Assembly (NCBI GenBank): GCA_000175855.1
Contig: ACYB01000011.1
Location: 1-32,000, forward strand
DNA length: 32,000 bases
Direction of reading: 5' to 3'
From: Raphidiopsis brookii D9
GTDB taxonomy: Bacteria > Cyanobacteriota > Cyanobacteriia > Cyanobacteriales > Nostocaceae
The notes under the pieces: model-generated
The model's input: the letters and a program-made list of their open reading frames with translations, nothing else
What the model was told of the DNA's origin: nothing
The model's database searches: none
Shown: positions 9,328 to 18,722 of the stretch, piece by piece
How the letters are laid out: every line of letters begins with the position of its first letter
How positions within the stretch are numbered: the stretch's first letter is position 1
Position numbers and translations under genes: made by a program

Positions 9328-10569
9328 ATGGCAGACTGGGATGAAATCACGGGTGGTATCACCGCAGCACGGGGATATAGAGCTGCAGGAATCGCAGCTG
9401 GGTTAAAACCTTCGGGACTACCTGATTTAGCTTTAATTCTATCAGACGTAGATGCAATTGCTGCTGGTGTATTCACCACAAGTCATGTAAGGGCCGCCTG
9501 TGTGGATTATTGTCGTCAAAGACTACAAACCAAGCATACAACCAGGGCTATACTGTGTAATGCAGGTCAAGCTAATGCTGCAACTGGTGACCAAGGTATC
9601 AAAGATACAATAGAAAGTGCAAACCTATTAGGGAAAGAACTAAATATAAACCCGGAGTCAATTTTACTTGCTTCTACAGGGGTAATTGGTCAGAGAATTA
9701 AAATGGATGCTTTGGCAAATGGTATACCGAAACTGGTTGCCCAACTCTCGGAAACGGGTTCAGATGCAGCAGCTAAGGCTATTGTGACCACGGATTTAGT
9801 TACCAAATCCATTGCATTAGAAACCACCATACATGACCGCCCAGTACGTATTGGTGGTATTGCCAAAGGTTCGGGGATGATTCACCCCCAAATGGCTACC
9901 ATGCTGGCATTTATCACCTGTGATGCAGCAGTTTCTCCCACTCTATGGCAGCAAATGTTAACACGCGCTGCAGATAGAAGCTTCAATTCCATTACCGTAG
10001 ATGGTGATACCAGCACTAATGATAGTTTAATTGCCTTAGCCAATGGAGAATCGCGCACACCCGCTATTACCGAAATAGGACCAGAATCCGAAAAACTAGA
10101 AGGGATGTTAACAGCTGTTTGTCAACATTTAGCAAAAGCGATCGCTCGTGATGGTGAAGGTGCAACTTGTTTAGTAGAAGTACAGGTTACAGGTGCAGCG
10201 GATGAAACTGCAGCGCGACAAATAGCTAAAACCATTGCTGGGTCATCCCTAGTCAAGGCGGCAATTTTTGGACGTGATCCCAATTGGGGAAGGATTGCTG
10301 GTGCTGCTGGACGTGCGGGAGTGCCATTTGAACAAGATGACCTAAAAATTAAGATTGGTGACTTCCTGCTGATGGAAAATGGTCAACCCTTACCCTTTGA
10401 TAAAGGTGCTGTCAATGCCTATTTAAAACAAGCAGCTTCCGGAACTTATCTCAAAGAAGATACGGTGTTAATTACTGTCAGTGTTGGTCATGGAAATGGT
10501 TTTGGTAAGGCTTGGGGTTGTGATTTGAGTTATGACTATGTAAAAATTAATGCCGAATATACAACTTAG
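9328..10569 (+). CDS. argJ: Bifunctional glutamate N-acetyltransferase / ornithine acetyltransferase
   Basis: GGITAARGYRAAGIAAGLK, MIHPQMATMLAFITCDA autocleavage region, DGDTSTNDS, GRDPNWGRI. Start set to MADWDEITGG rather than the upstream ORF start at 9238. Confidence 0.97.
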   Translation: MADWDEITGGITAARGYRAAGIAAGLKPSGLPDLALILSDVDAIAAGVFTTSHVRAACVDYCRQRLQTKHTTRAILCNAGQANAATGDQGIKDTIESANLLGKELNINPESILLASTGVIGQRIKMDALANGIPKLVAQLSETGSDAAAKAIVTTDLVTKSIALETTIHDRPVRIGGIAKGSGMIHPQMATMLAFITCDAAVSPTLWQQMLTRAADRSFNSITVDGDTSTNDSLIALANGESRTPAITEIGPESEKLEGMLTAVCQHLAKAIARDGEGATCLVEVQVTGAADETAARQIAKTIAGSSLVKAAIFGRDPNWGRIAGAAGRAGVPFEQDDLKIKIGDFLLMENGQPLPFDKGAVNAYLKQAASGTYLKEDTVLITVSVGHGNGFGKAWGCDLSYDYVKINAEYTT

Positions 10570-10616
10570 ATAACCTAAGTATAACCTAGATATAACTTTA
10601 GACATAACACATAACT

Positions 10617-11912
10617 ATGAGTGCGACTTCTCAGTTTTTAACTCTAGCGGGGATAATCAACCTAGAAAATAAGGTAATTCCTTGGGAAGAACTAGGCCAG
10701 AATGTACAAGAACGGGTGGGATTGGCAATAGATCAAACCCATCCCAGTTGTATGGTTTATCCCCAAACCCAAGAAGAACTAAGTGGGATTATAGCCACAG
10801 CAAATAGTAATAGATGGCGAGTTCTGACCTGTGGGGGAATGACAAAAATTAACTGGGGTGGTTTAACCAGTACTGATATCATTGTCAGCACGGAACATAT
10901 AAATCAACTCATAGAACATGCGGTTGGTGATCTGACTATTACAGTAGAAGCAGGAATAAAATTCAGGGAAATCCAGGAGATTTTAGGCAACCGTGGGCAA
11001 ACCTTGGGACTAGATCCTGCTTTTCCTGAACATGCGACTATTGGGGGTATAGTAGCGACTGGGGACACTGGTTCTCTGCGTCAACGTTATGGAGGAGTGC
11101 GTGACCAACTTTTAGGCATAACTTTTGTCCGCGCTGATGGAAAAATTGCCAAAGCTGGGGGAAGAGTGGTGAAAAACGTTGCTGGTTATGATCTGATGAA
11201 ATTGTTTACTGGTGCTTATGGTACTCTAGGGGTTATCAGTCAAGTTACTCTTAGGGTTTATCCTTTACCAGAAACTTCAGGAACAGTAATACTAACTGGT
11301 CAACCCGAACCTATTTCCCGAGTTGCCAAAATTCTTCAGAGTTCTCAATTAACACCAACCCAAGCTGATTTAATATCCCATGGATTAGTTTCCCAATTAG
11401 GTTTAGGAGACGGTATTGGTTTAATGGTTAGGTTTCAAAGTATTGAGAGCAGCGTCCAGCAGCAGTTACAAAGATGTTCAACTATGGGAAAAGAACTAGG
11501 TTTAACATCAACAGTCTATTTAGGTAATGAGACCAAGCAAGAAGCCAGTCTATGGCAACAATTACCAGAATTAATCTATAACTGCGGGCACAATGGGGAA
11601 ATTACTGCCAAAATAGGAGTACTGCCAACTGCTGCTGTGAGCATCATTAGTCAAATCCAGTATGGATTAATTCATCTCAATAGCGGGTTAGGTTTAGTCC
11701 GGTTAGAGAATGAAAATCCGGTTCTCACCTTGCGCAGTTTGTGTCAAGAGAATTTAGGATTTTTAAGTATTTTATCCGCACCGGTAACTATCAAAAAAAA
11801 TATGGATGTTTGGGGTTATAATGCCAATAGCGTGGAAATTATGCGACGGATTAAACAACAATTTGATCCCAATTCCATATTAAATCCTGGTCGATTTGTA
11901 GCTGGGATTTAA
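10617..11912 (+). CDS. glcE: Glycolate oxidase subunit GlcE (FAD-binding)
   Basis: FAD-binding type 4 motifs (TCGGMTKINWGG, DLTITVEAGIKFREIQ, GTLGVISQVTLRVYPLPE) and position directly upstream of glcF. Confidence 0.9.
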   Translation: MSATSQFLTLAGIINLENKVIPWEELGQNVQERVGLAIDQTHPSCMVYPQTQEELSGIIATANSNRWRVLTCGGMTKINWGGLTSTDIIVSTEHINQLIEHAVGDLTITVEAGIKFREIQEILGNRGQTLGLDPAFPEHATIGGIVATGDTGSLRQRYGGVRDQLLGITFVRADGKIAKAGGRVVKNVAGYDLMKLFTGAYGTLGVISQVTLRVYPLPETSGTVILTGQPEPISRVAKILQSSQLTPTQADLISHGLVSQLGLGDGIGLMVRFQSIESSVQQQLQRCSTMGKELGLTSTVYLGNETKQEASLWQQLPELIYNCGHNGEITAKIGVLPTAAVSIISQIQYGLIHLNSGLGLVRLENENPVLTLRSLCQENLGFLSILSAPVTIKKNMDVWGYNANSVEIMRRIKQQFDPNSILNPGRFVAGI

Positions 11913-11914
11913 AC

Positions 11915-11950
11915 TTTGATAATTTATTTGATAGTTTATTTGATAATTTA
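11915..11950. repeat. Three tandem 12-nt units (TTTGATAATTTA)
   Basis: TTTGATAATTTA / TTTGATAGTTTA / TTTGATAATTTA in the glcE-glcF gap, followed by degenerate AATTTA-rich units. Confidence 0.8.
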
Positions 11951-12044
11951 AATTATGGCAATTTAAATTTTGGTAATAATTAATCAAGCAGATTTTCAAA
12001 AAGTATAAATCAAAAATATCAAAAACTGAAAGAGGAACAAAATC

Positions 12045-13385
12045 ATGCAAATTGCTAGTGGTTCCAGCAATAATATGAAAAATTTACAGGGATTTGATTC
12101 CAACCATCCCCCGGACCCGAAATTAATTGATAGTTGTGTGCATTGTGGATTTTGTCTTTCCACCTGTCCTAGTTATCGGGTGATAGGTAAAGAAATGGAC
12201 TCACCCAGAGGTCGTATTTATTTAATGGACGCTATTAACGAGGGGGAAATTGCCCTAAATACTGCTACAGTTGAACACTTTGACTCTTGCTTAGGTTGTC
12301 TTGCCTGTGTTTCTACCTGTCCTTCTGGAGTGCAGTATGATAAGTTGATTTCCGTGACTCGTCACCAGGTAGAAAGGAATTATCAGCGCAGTTTTGCGGA
12401 TAAATTAATCCGACAATTAATCTTCTCCCTTTTTCCCAATCCAGATATTTTAAGAATATTGCTTTTTCCCCTATTTCTCTATCAAAAGTTAGGAATTTCC
12501 CAATTGTTACGCGCTACCAGACTAATTGAGAAAATATCTCCTAGGTTAGCTGCGATGGAATCAATTTTACCCAAAATTACCATCCAGTCTTTTGGCAATA
12601 ATTTACCAGATATCATTCCCGCTCAGGGTGCAAGACGGTATCGAGTAGGAATGATTTTAGGATGTGTACAACGTCTGTTTTTCTCTCCTGTTAATGAAGC
12701 AACAGTGCGGGTTTTAACTGCTAATGGTTGTGAGGTAGTCATTCCCAAGTCCCAGGGTTGTTGTGCTGCACTTCCCGAACACCAAGGACAAACAGAACAA
12801 GCAAAAGCTTTAGCAAGACAAATGATTGATAGTTTTGCAGATAGTAATGTGGATTTTATCATTATTAATGCTGCTGGTTGTGGTCATACCTTAAAGGAAT
12901 ATGGTCATATTTTAGCTGATGACCCAGAATACACAGCAAAAGCTCAAATATTTGCAGCAAAGGTAAAAGATGTCCAGGAATTTTTAGCGTCGGTTGGTTT
13001 GACTGCTGAACTTTCATCCTTGAGCGATAAACCTTTAACTTTAGTTTATCAAGATGCTTGTCATTTATTGCACGGTCAAAAAATTAGTCTTCAACCTCGT
13101 CAACTTTTAAAACAAATTCCAGGAGTAACTTTAAAGGAACCTTTAGATGCTGCTTTGTGTTGTGGAAGTGCAGGAGTTTATAATCTCCTACAACCAGAAA
13201 TTGCTCAGGAGCTAGGTGAGCAAAAAGCACAGAATTTGTTAAATACAGGTGCTGATATTATTGCTTCTGCTAACCCAGGATGTAGTTTACAAATCAGTAA
13301 ATATTTACCGGATAGAAAAGTATCTGTAATGCACCCTATGGAATTATTGGACTATTCTATTCGTCATCAAAAATTAGAACGGTAA
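12045..13385 (+). CDS. glcF: Glycolate oxidase iron-sulfur subunit GlcF
   Basis: Two 4Fe-4S motifs (CVHCGFCLSTCPSY, CLGCLACVSTCPSG) plus cysteine-rich CCG-type motifs (CCAALPEHQG, CCGSAGVYN). Confidence 0.94.
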   Translation: MQIASGSSNNMKNLQGFDSNHPPDPKLIDSCVHCGFCLSTCPSYRVIGKEMDSPRGRIYLMDAINEGEIALNTATVEHFDSCLGCLACVSTCPSGVQYDKLISVTRHQVERNYQRSFADKLIRQLIFSLFPNPDILRILLFPLFLYQKLGISQLLRATRLIEKISPRLAAMESILPKITIQSFGNNLPDIIPAQGARRYRVGMILGCVQRLFFSPVNEATVRVLTANGCEVVIPKSQGCCAALPEHQGQTEQAKALARQMIDSFADSNVDFIIINAAGCGHTLKEYGHILADDPEYTAKAQIFAAKVKDVQEFLASVGLTAELSSLSDKPLTLVYQDACHLLHGQKISLQPRQLLKQIPGVTLKEPLDAALCCGSAGVYNLLQPEIAQELGEQKAQNLLNTGADIIASANPGCSLQISKYLPDRKVSVMHPMELLDYSIRHQKLER

Positions 13386-13399
13386 ACATTAATCTGAGA

Positions 13400-14383
13400 T
13401 TATTTCATAAATAATTTGAATAAATATTTACTAGCTTTAGGAAGGAAGTATTTAAGTAAATTGGGGAGTAGGAGCATAAATAAGGAATTTGCGATCAATA
13501 AAACCGAATCACGGGAAAAAACATTGATACTAATTACCAAGTTAGTTCCTACCCAAACCAACCAGCTAATAACAGGTTCTATAAATTTATCTACAGATTT
13601 ATTTTTTATCCTCACCAGTAATTTTTTCAATTGACTGATAATTAGTAAACCCAATGTTCCCAAAACTAAAAATATTATTATCCAACCCAAGGTTGAGATT
13701 AATATTGATAACCACAATGACATTCCGGAGGTGATTTTCCAGGTTATAACAGCTGCGGGGAATATAGCAGACACAAACCAATACACTGAATTCAAATTAC
13801 TTCTTAGACATTTGGTGACTTGTTCTGTTAGCCAATAATGGGAATTGACAATTTTAGAAGCATCCCCATTGCTTATTAAGTTTTGGGAGATTTTTTGGAT
13901 GATATCACCGTCAAATAGTATGGTGCTTTGCATCATAATATTTTCAGTTGATTGATAATAGGAGTTAAAGGTAAAACCACATTGAAATTTAATGGTTTTA
14001 TTGCGGTTCTGACTGGTAAGTATTTTCCAAGTTTTTACTAGAAAGAAATATATTAAAACTGATAACTGGGGATGTGGATAAATATCCGCACTCTTATCAT
14101 AATTCTCATCCCTATCAACAGCGGAATCAAAAATAGAATAGTACCATAAATTCAATAACAGTCCCTTAGGTATATCTAGAGATATACCCTGCAATTTTAA
14201 TTGTGCAATTTTTTCCAAAATAGTTCTATTTAAATAAAAACTATATGCTCCTTCCTCAGCTTTTACTTCTAAGCAACAATTATCCTGTCCATTATTTTGG
14301 GGAAATTGCCAGGGAAATAAAAAACTATAATTCAAACTATAATTCAGGTCTGGTTTTTGGTAATTTTCTTGGAATATATTCAC
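13400..14383 (-). CDS. Hypothetical multi-pass membrane protein with a DGDI module (cassette gene C)
   Basis: 327-aa ORF. MQSTILFDGDIIQKIS, then hydrophobic segments (VYWFVSAIFPAAVITW, LWLSILISTLGWIIIFLVLGTLGLLII, SWLVWVGTNLVISI, SVLLIANSLFMLLLPNLL). Confidence 0.75.
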   Translation of the reverse strand: MNIFQENYQKPDLNYSLNYSFLFPWQFPQNNGQDNCCLEVKAEEGAYSFYLNRTILEKIAQLKLQGISLDIPKGLLLNLWYYSIFDSAVDRDENYDKSADIYPHPQLSVLIYFFLVKTWKILTSQNRNKTIKFQCGFTFNSYYQSTENIMMQSTILFDGDIIQKISQNLISNGDASKIVNSHYWLTEQVTKCLRSNLNSVYWFVSAIFPAAVITWKITSGMSLWLSILISTLGWIIIFLVLGTLGLLIISQLKKLLVRIKNKSVDKFIEPVISWLVWVGTNLVISINVFSRDSVLLIANSLFMLLLPNLLKYFLPKASKYLFKLFMK

Positions 14384-14421
14384 GCATCACCCACCCAAAC
14401 AAACTACTAACATATCTAACT

Positions 14422-15201
14422 TCAAGAAGCAATACCTTTGATAAAATTAATCAAAAAGTCTATCACCTCACGCCATTGTTTTTCTCCAGATACTACTCCA
14501 TCATTATGAACCTTCATAATTAGATCTTTGTCAGACTCCTTCAAACCAAATAACTCGCGGTGATAACGAGTAATAATGTCCCCATCTAATTGTATGATGG
14601 TTTGAGCATAGATGGTATCCACATTTTCACTGGTGACATCACCACCATCCAGTGCTGCTTTCATTTCTGAAACCTTCCGCAAGGTCAATACAAACTTATC
14701 ATCAGTCACTAGTTCGGCAATTTTCTGATAATTTTCTACCTGACTTTCCTGGTCAAAAGGTGAGGGTAAAACTATTTGGGATGCTTTTGTGCCATCGGAA
14801 TTTAAGCGATTTTCATCTATATATTTCAGACGACTACGATACCCCTGCACCACCTGAGCTTTGGGTGATGGAGACTCTAATTCCTTGGTTAAAAAGGTAT
14901 AAATATATTCTCTTTCCAATTGCAAGAATATATTAATATAACGTTCTTCTAACTCGGACACAATGTTCTTACTGTCAAAATAATTCGGTTCACTTATGGC
15001 ATAAATATTATAGTATGATTGCCAGGGGTTGAATTTGGAACCGCTAATATTATTTACAACAATTGTATTTACCTCTAAGCTTGTAATGTCCCTAACTATT
15101 ACGCCCACGGTATCAACAAATTTGCCCAGTAGGTCTTTAGCTCTCCCTGCTGTACCTTGATTTGGCTGAGATTCTAAAGAATTTGAGTCTTTTGCTAACA
15201 T
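14422..15201 (-). CDS. Hypothetical protein with a DGDI module (cassette gene B)
   Basis: 259-aa ORF; C-terminal TIIQLDGDIITRYHRELFG...LIMKVHNDGVVSGEKQWREVIDFLINFIKGI. Confidence 0.75.
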   Translation of the reverse strand: MLAKDSNSLESQPNQGTAGRAKDLLGKFVDTVGVIVRDITSLEVNTIVVNNISGSKFNPWQSYYNIYAISEPNYFDSKNIVSELEERYINIFLQLEREYIYTFLTKELESPSPKAQVVQGYRSRLKYIDENRLNSDGTKASQIVLPSPFDQESQVENYQKIAELVTDDKFVLTLRKVSEMKAALDGGDVTSENVDTIYAQTIIQLDGDIITRYHRELFGLKESDKDLIMKVHNDGVVSGEKQWREVIDFLINFIKGIAS

Positions 15202-15227
15202 AATGATTTCTCTTAGTTGGATAAATG

Positions 15228-15716
15228 CTAGGGAAGTTTTGCTAATTGGGAACTTTGGCTATTTTGACTTTGTTTAACCATTGACATCAAAATCTCACCC
15301 AGTTTTTGCACGCTTTCTATATTTTTTTGAATTATTTCCCGACCTTCTTGAACTTGGCTTAAATGAAATTCCCTCAGTTCTGTATATGGACCACTACCAA
15401 TGAAGCTAGTACCTATTTCATTTCTAATGTCACCATCAACCAGGTTAATACGGGTTACCATTTTGTTCTCTGGTTTGGTACTGGAAGCATTGTCATTATA
15501 TGATGACTCATCAATAACAGAAGTTTCAATTTGTAACTCAATTACATCGGCAAGGACTGTCTTAACAATGTCCATGACACTACTTAAGTTCACACTATTG
15601 CTCTTAAAATCTAAATTATTAAGCTGGCTTTGGAACTTATTTACTTTTGGTGACTCGACCTTTTCAATTTGCACTGTTTGGATTTCTAGGTTGGCGGAGA
15701 AGTTGGTTTCAGGCAT
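15228..15716 (-). CDS. Hypothetical protein with a DGDI module (cassette gene A)
   Basis: 162-aa ORF; TRINLVDGDIRNEIGTSFIG...LREFHLSQVQEGREIIQKNIESVQKL. Confidence 0.7.
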   Translation of the reverse strand: MPETNFSANLEIQTVQIEKVESPKVNKFQSQLNNLDFKSNSVNLSSVMDIVKTVLADVIELQIETSVIDESSYNDNASSTKPENKMVTRINLVDGDIRNEIGTSFIGSGPYTELREFHLSQVQEGREIIQKNIESVQKLGEILMSMVKQSQNSQSSQLAKLP

Positions 15717-15942
15717 ACTATGTTTTAGGTACTATGTTTTAGATGCTATGTAAACAGGTGTGGATAGGAATGTATGGGTTTCCATTAGCACCACACCAGG
15801 GCATTATTGACTACTTGAGTTTTTTTTTCCATTGTTTTTAAAAAAACTTAACAATGATAGAATGATAGTAAACAATGATAAAGATGACCAGCAAAAAAGT
15901 ATCGGACTGGTTATGTTCTAAACCCATTGTTATGAGTAGGAG

Positions 15943-16737
15943 ATGATGTATTGGTATTGTGGTCAATTGATAAAATCAACAACACTGACATTAGATGTTG
16001 ATGACCCAGGACTAATTTATGGAGCTACAGTTTTTACAACTATTAGGGTATATCAAAACTGTATAAATTACAAACTAACTAACTGGCATGCTCACTGCCT
16101 TCGTTTAAAATCCACCCTGGAGATATTTGACTGGAAAGAACCTAACTGGGTATCCATACGTCAAGGTGCGGAAATACTCTCACAAAATTTCCCCGTCATC
16201 AGAATCACCATTTTCCCCGATGGTCGAGAATGGATTACAGGTAGATTCCTCCCAGAAAACCTAGCTGAAAGACAAAATCATGGTATAATGGTGGCCGTTG
16301 GCAATGTCAGATGGAACCGTTCCCTACCCCAGCATAAAACAGGTAACTATCTGGCTCCTTGGTTGGCAAAAACTAATGCCCAAAGTCTCAAAGCCCAAGA
16401 AGTAATCTTAGTAGATAACCAGGGAAATTGGCTGGAAACTGCCACTGGTAACCTTTGGGGTTGGAAAGACCACTGCTGGTGGACACCACCTCTCACGGAG
16501 GGAATTCTCCCGGGAATCGCGCGATCGCTCATTATCGGGCACTTGGAAGAAAACCAAATTTCCGTCAAGCAAGAACCATGGACAGTAAACCTGGTCAAAG
16601 ACCTAGAGGCGATCGCCTATAGCAATAGCATAGTAGAGATAGTTCCCATATATATGGTGCAGGATTGTCAAGAGAGGTTAGAATATAATCCTAGACATTC
16701 ATGCTTTTGGGAGATCAAAAGATTATTTTTATCATGA
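15943..16737 (+). CDS. pabC: Aminotransferase class IV (4-amino-4-deoxychorismate lyase-like)
   Basis: DPGLIYGATVFTTIRVYQN, KTNAQSLKAQEVILVDNQGNWLETATGNLWG, TPPLTEGILPGIARSLI. Confidence 0.8.
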   Translation: MMYWYCGQLIKSTTLTLDVDDPGLIYGATVFTTIRVYQNCINYKLTNWHAHCLRLKSTLEIFDWKEPNWVSIRQGAEILSQNFPVIRITIFPDGREWITGRFLPENLAERQNHGIMVAVGNVRWNRSLPQHKTGNYLAPWLAKTNAQSLKAQEVILVDNQGNWLETATGNLWGWKDHCWWTPPLTEGILPGIARSLIIGHLEENQISVKQEPWTVNLVKDLEAIAYSNSIVEIVPIYMVQDCQERLEYNPRHSCFWEIKRLFLS

Positions 16738-16846
16738 CAGGAGTGAAGTTTTGGTATATCTTAAGATAAGTTAACATAATTCTCATAAAATCTCTCTTAT
16801 TTTAGAGAACTTAGACTAACGCCCAAAACTAGGAGGATATACCTCA

Positions 16847-18688
16847 GTGAACAAGAAATGGAGAAATGCGGGGCTGTACGCGCTGTTATTTATCGTAGTA
16901 ATAGCCTTAGGGACAGCGTTTTTTGACAATCAACCGCCACAGGTAGAAACGTGGAGATATAGTGAGTTTATCCAACAGGTGGAACAGGGGCGGGTAGAAA
17001 GAGTTAGCCTCAGTTCAGATCGGACCACAGCGGTAGTGACACCCAAATATGATCCGAACAAAAAGCGGGTCATTCTGGTCAACGACCCAGATTTAATCAA
17101 CACCCTAAGCAGTAAAGGTGTAGATATTGCCGTACTACCCCAAACAGACGACGGATTTTGGTTTAGAGCGCTCAGTAGCCTATTTTTCCCTGTATTGCTG
17201 TTAGTCGGTTTATTTTTCTTGCTACGTCGAGCCCAGAGTGGTCCTGGTAGTCAAGCCATGAACTTTGGGAAATCCAAAGCCAGAGTGCAAATGGAACCCC
17301 AAACCCAAGTTACCTTTGGGGATGTGGCGGGTATTGACCAAGCCAAACTGGAATTAAATGAAGTTGTAGACTTTTTAAAAAATGCCGATCGCTTTACTGC
17401 TGTTGGCGCGAAAATTCCTAAAGGTGTATTATTAGTAGGACCACCAGGGACAGGTAAAACCCTATTAGCACGAGCAGTAGCAGGGGAAGCAGGTGTACCC
17501 TTCTTCAGTATTTCCGGGTCGGAATTTGTGGAAATGTTCGTGGGTGTGGGCGCATCTAGAGTGCGAGACCTGTTTGAACAGGCAAAATCCAATGCTCCTT
17601 GTATAGTCTTCATTGATGAAATTGATGCGGTAGGTCGTCAAAGAGGTGCGGGTTTAGGGGGAGGTAACGATGAAAGGGAACAAACCCTCAACCAATTACT
17701 AACGGAAATGGATGGTTTTGAAGGTAATACGGGAATTATCATTATTGCTGCCACTAACCGTCCAGACGTTCTTGATTCAGCTCTATTGCGTCCTGGTCGC
17801 TTTGATCGTCAAGTAGTAGTAGACCGTCCTGACTACGGTGGAAGGAGTGAAATCCTCAGAGTTCATGCTAGAGGTAAAACCCTATCAAAAGATGTAGACC
17901 TGGATAGAATTGCCCGTCGCACTCCCGGATTCACTGGTGCGGACCTATCCAACCTATTGAACGAAGCGGCAATTTTAGCAGCACGTCGCAACTTGACCGA
18001 AATTTCCATGGATGAAATTAACGATGCTATTGATCGGGTATTAGCAGGTCCAGAAAAGAAAGACCGGGTAATGAGCGAAAAACGCAAAACCTTGGTAGCA
18101 TATCACGAAGCTGGTCATGCTTTAGTTGGTGCATTAATGCCTGATTATGACCCCGTCCAAAAAATTAGCATTATCCCCCGTGGTCGTGCAGGTGGTTTAA
18201 CTTGGTTTACACCCAGTGAAGATCGGATGGATACAGGCTTGTATAGCCGCGCATATCTAGAAAATCAAATGGCCGTTGCGTTGGGTGGTCGTTTAGCAGA
18301 AGAAATTATTTTTGGTGAAGAAGAGGTAACCACTGGTGCTTCCAATGACTTGCAGCAGGTAGCTAGAGTAGCTAGACAAATGATTACTCGTTTTGGTATG
18401 AGCGATCGCTTGGGTCCTGTGGCCTTAGGTCGTCAGCAAGGTAATATGTTCCTAGGTAGAGACATCATGTCCGAACGGGATTTCTCGGAGGAGACTGCTG
18501 CTGCAATTGACGAAGAGGTTCGCAAACTTGTTGATATGGCATACTCCCGTGCCAAGGAAGTACTACTAAATAACCGTCAGATTTTAGACCAAATTGCTCA
18601 AATGCTGATTGATAAAGAAACAGTTGATGCTGACGAATTGCAGGATATCCTATCTAACAATGATGTAAAAACGGCAGCATTTGCCTAA
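16847..18688 (+). CDS. ftsH: ATP-dependent zinc metalloprotease FtsH
   Basis: Walker A GPPGTGKT, Walker [13 protein letters not shown], second region of homology [18 protein letters not shown], zinc-binding HEAGH; 613 aa. Confidence 0.98.
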   Translation: MNKKWRNAGLYALLFIVVIALGTAFFDNQPPQVETWRYSEFIQQVEQGRVERVSLSSDRTTAVVTPKYDPNKKRVILVNDPDLINTLSSKGVDIAVLPQTDDGFWFRALSSLFFPVLLLVGLFFLLRRAQSGPGSQAMNFGKSKARVQMEPQTQVTFGDVAGIDQAKLELNEVVDFLKNADRFTAVGAKIPKGVLLVGPPGTGKTLLARAVAGEAGVPFFSISGSEFVEMFVGVGASRVRDLFEQAKSNAPCIVFIDEIDAVGRQRGAGLGGGNDEREQTLNQLLTEMDGFEGNTGIIIIAATNRPDVLDSALLRPGRFDRQVVVDRPDYGGRSEILRVHARGKTLSKDVDLDRIARRTPGFTGADLSNLLNEAAILAARRNLTEISMDEINDAIDRVLAGPEKKDRVMSEKRKTLVAYHEAGHALVGALMPDYDPVQKISIIPRGRAGGLTWFTPSEDRMDTGLYSRAYLENQMAVALGGRLAEEIIFGEEEVTTGASNDLQQVARVARQMITRFGMSDRLGPVALGRQQGNMFLGRDIMSERDFSEETAAAIDEEVRKLVDMAYSRAKEVLLNNRQILDQIAQMLIDKETVDADELQDILSNNDVKTAAFA

Positions 18689-18696
18689 ACTAGCAA

Positions 18697-18722
18697 TTCA
18701 CCGATCTTATTAGGTCGGTGAA
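18697..18722. terminator. Hairpin between the convergent ftsH and CheA-like genes (possible terminator without a long T tract)
   Basis: Perfect 8-bp inverted repeat TTCACCGA-N10-TCGGTGAA overlapping the minus-strand stop codon. Confidence 0.45.

Noticed and set aside
10617-13385. Absence of glcD next to glcE/glcF as an anomaly
   Set aside because: As far as I know glcD is commonly unlinked in cyanobacteria, so this is not unusual without genome-wide evidence.
13416-15753. Several plus-strand ORFs (13416, 14245, 14652, 15400) opposite the DGDI cassette
   Set aside because: They mirror the longer, better-composed minus-strand ORFs, have no recognisable motifs and are likely shadows.
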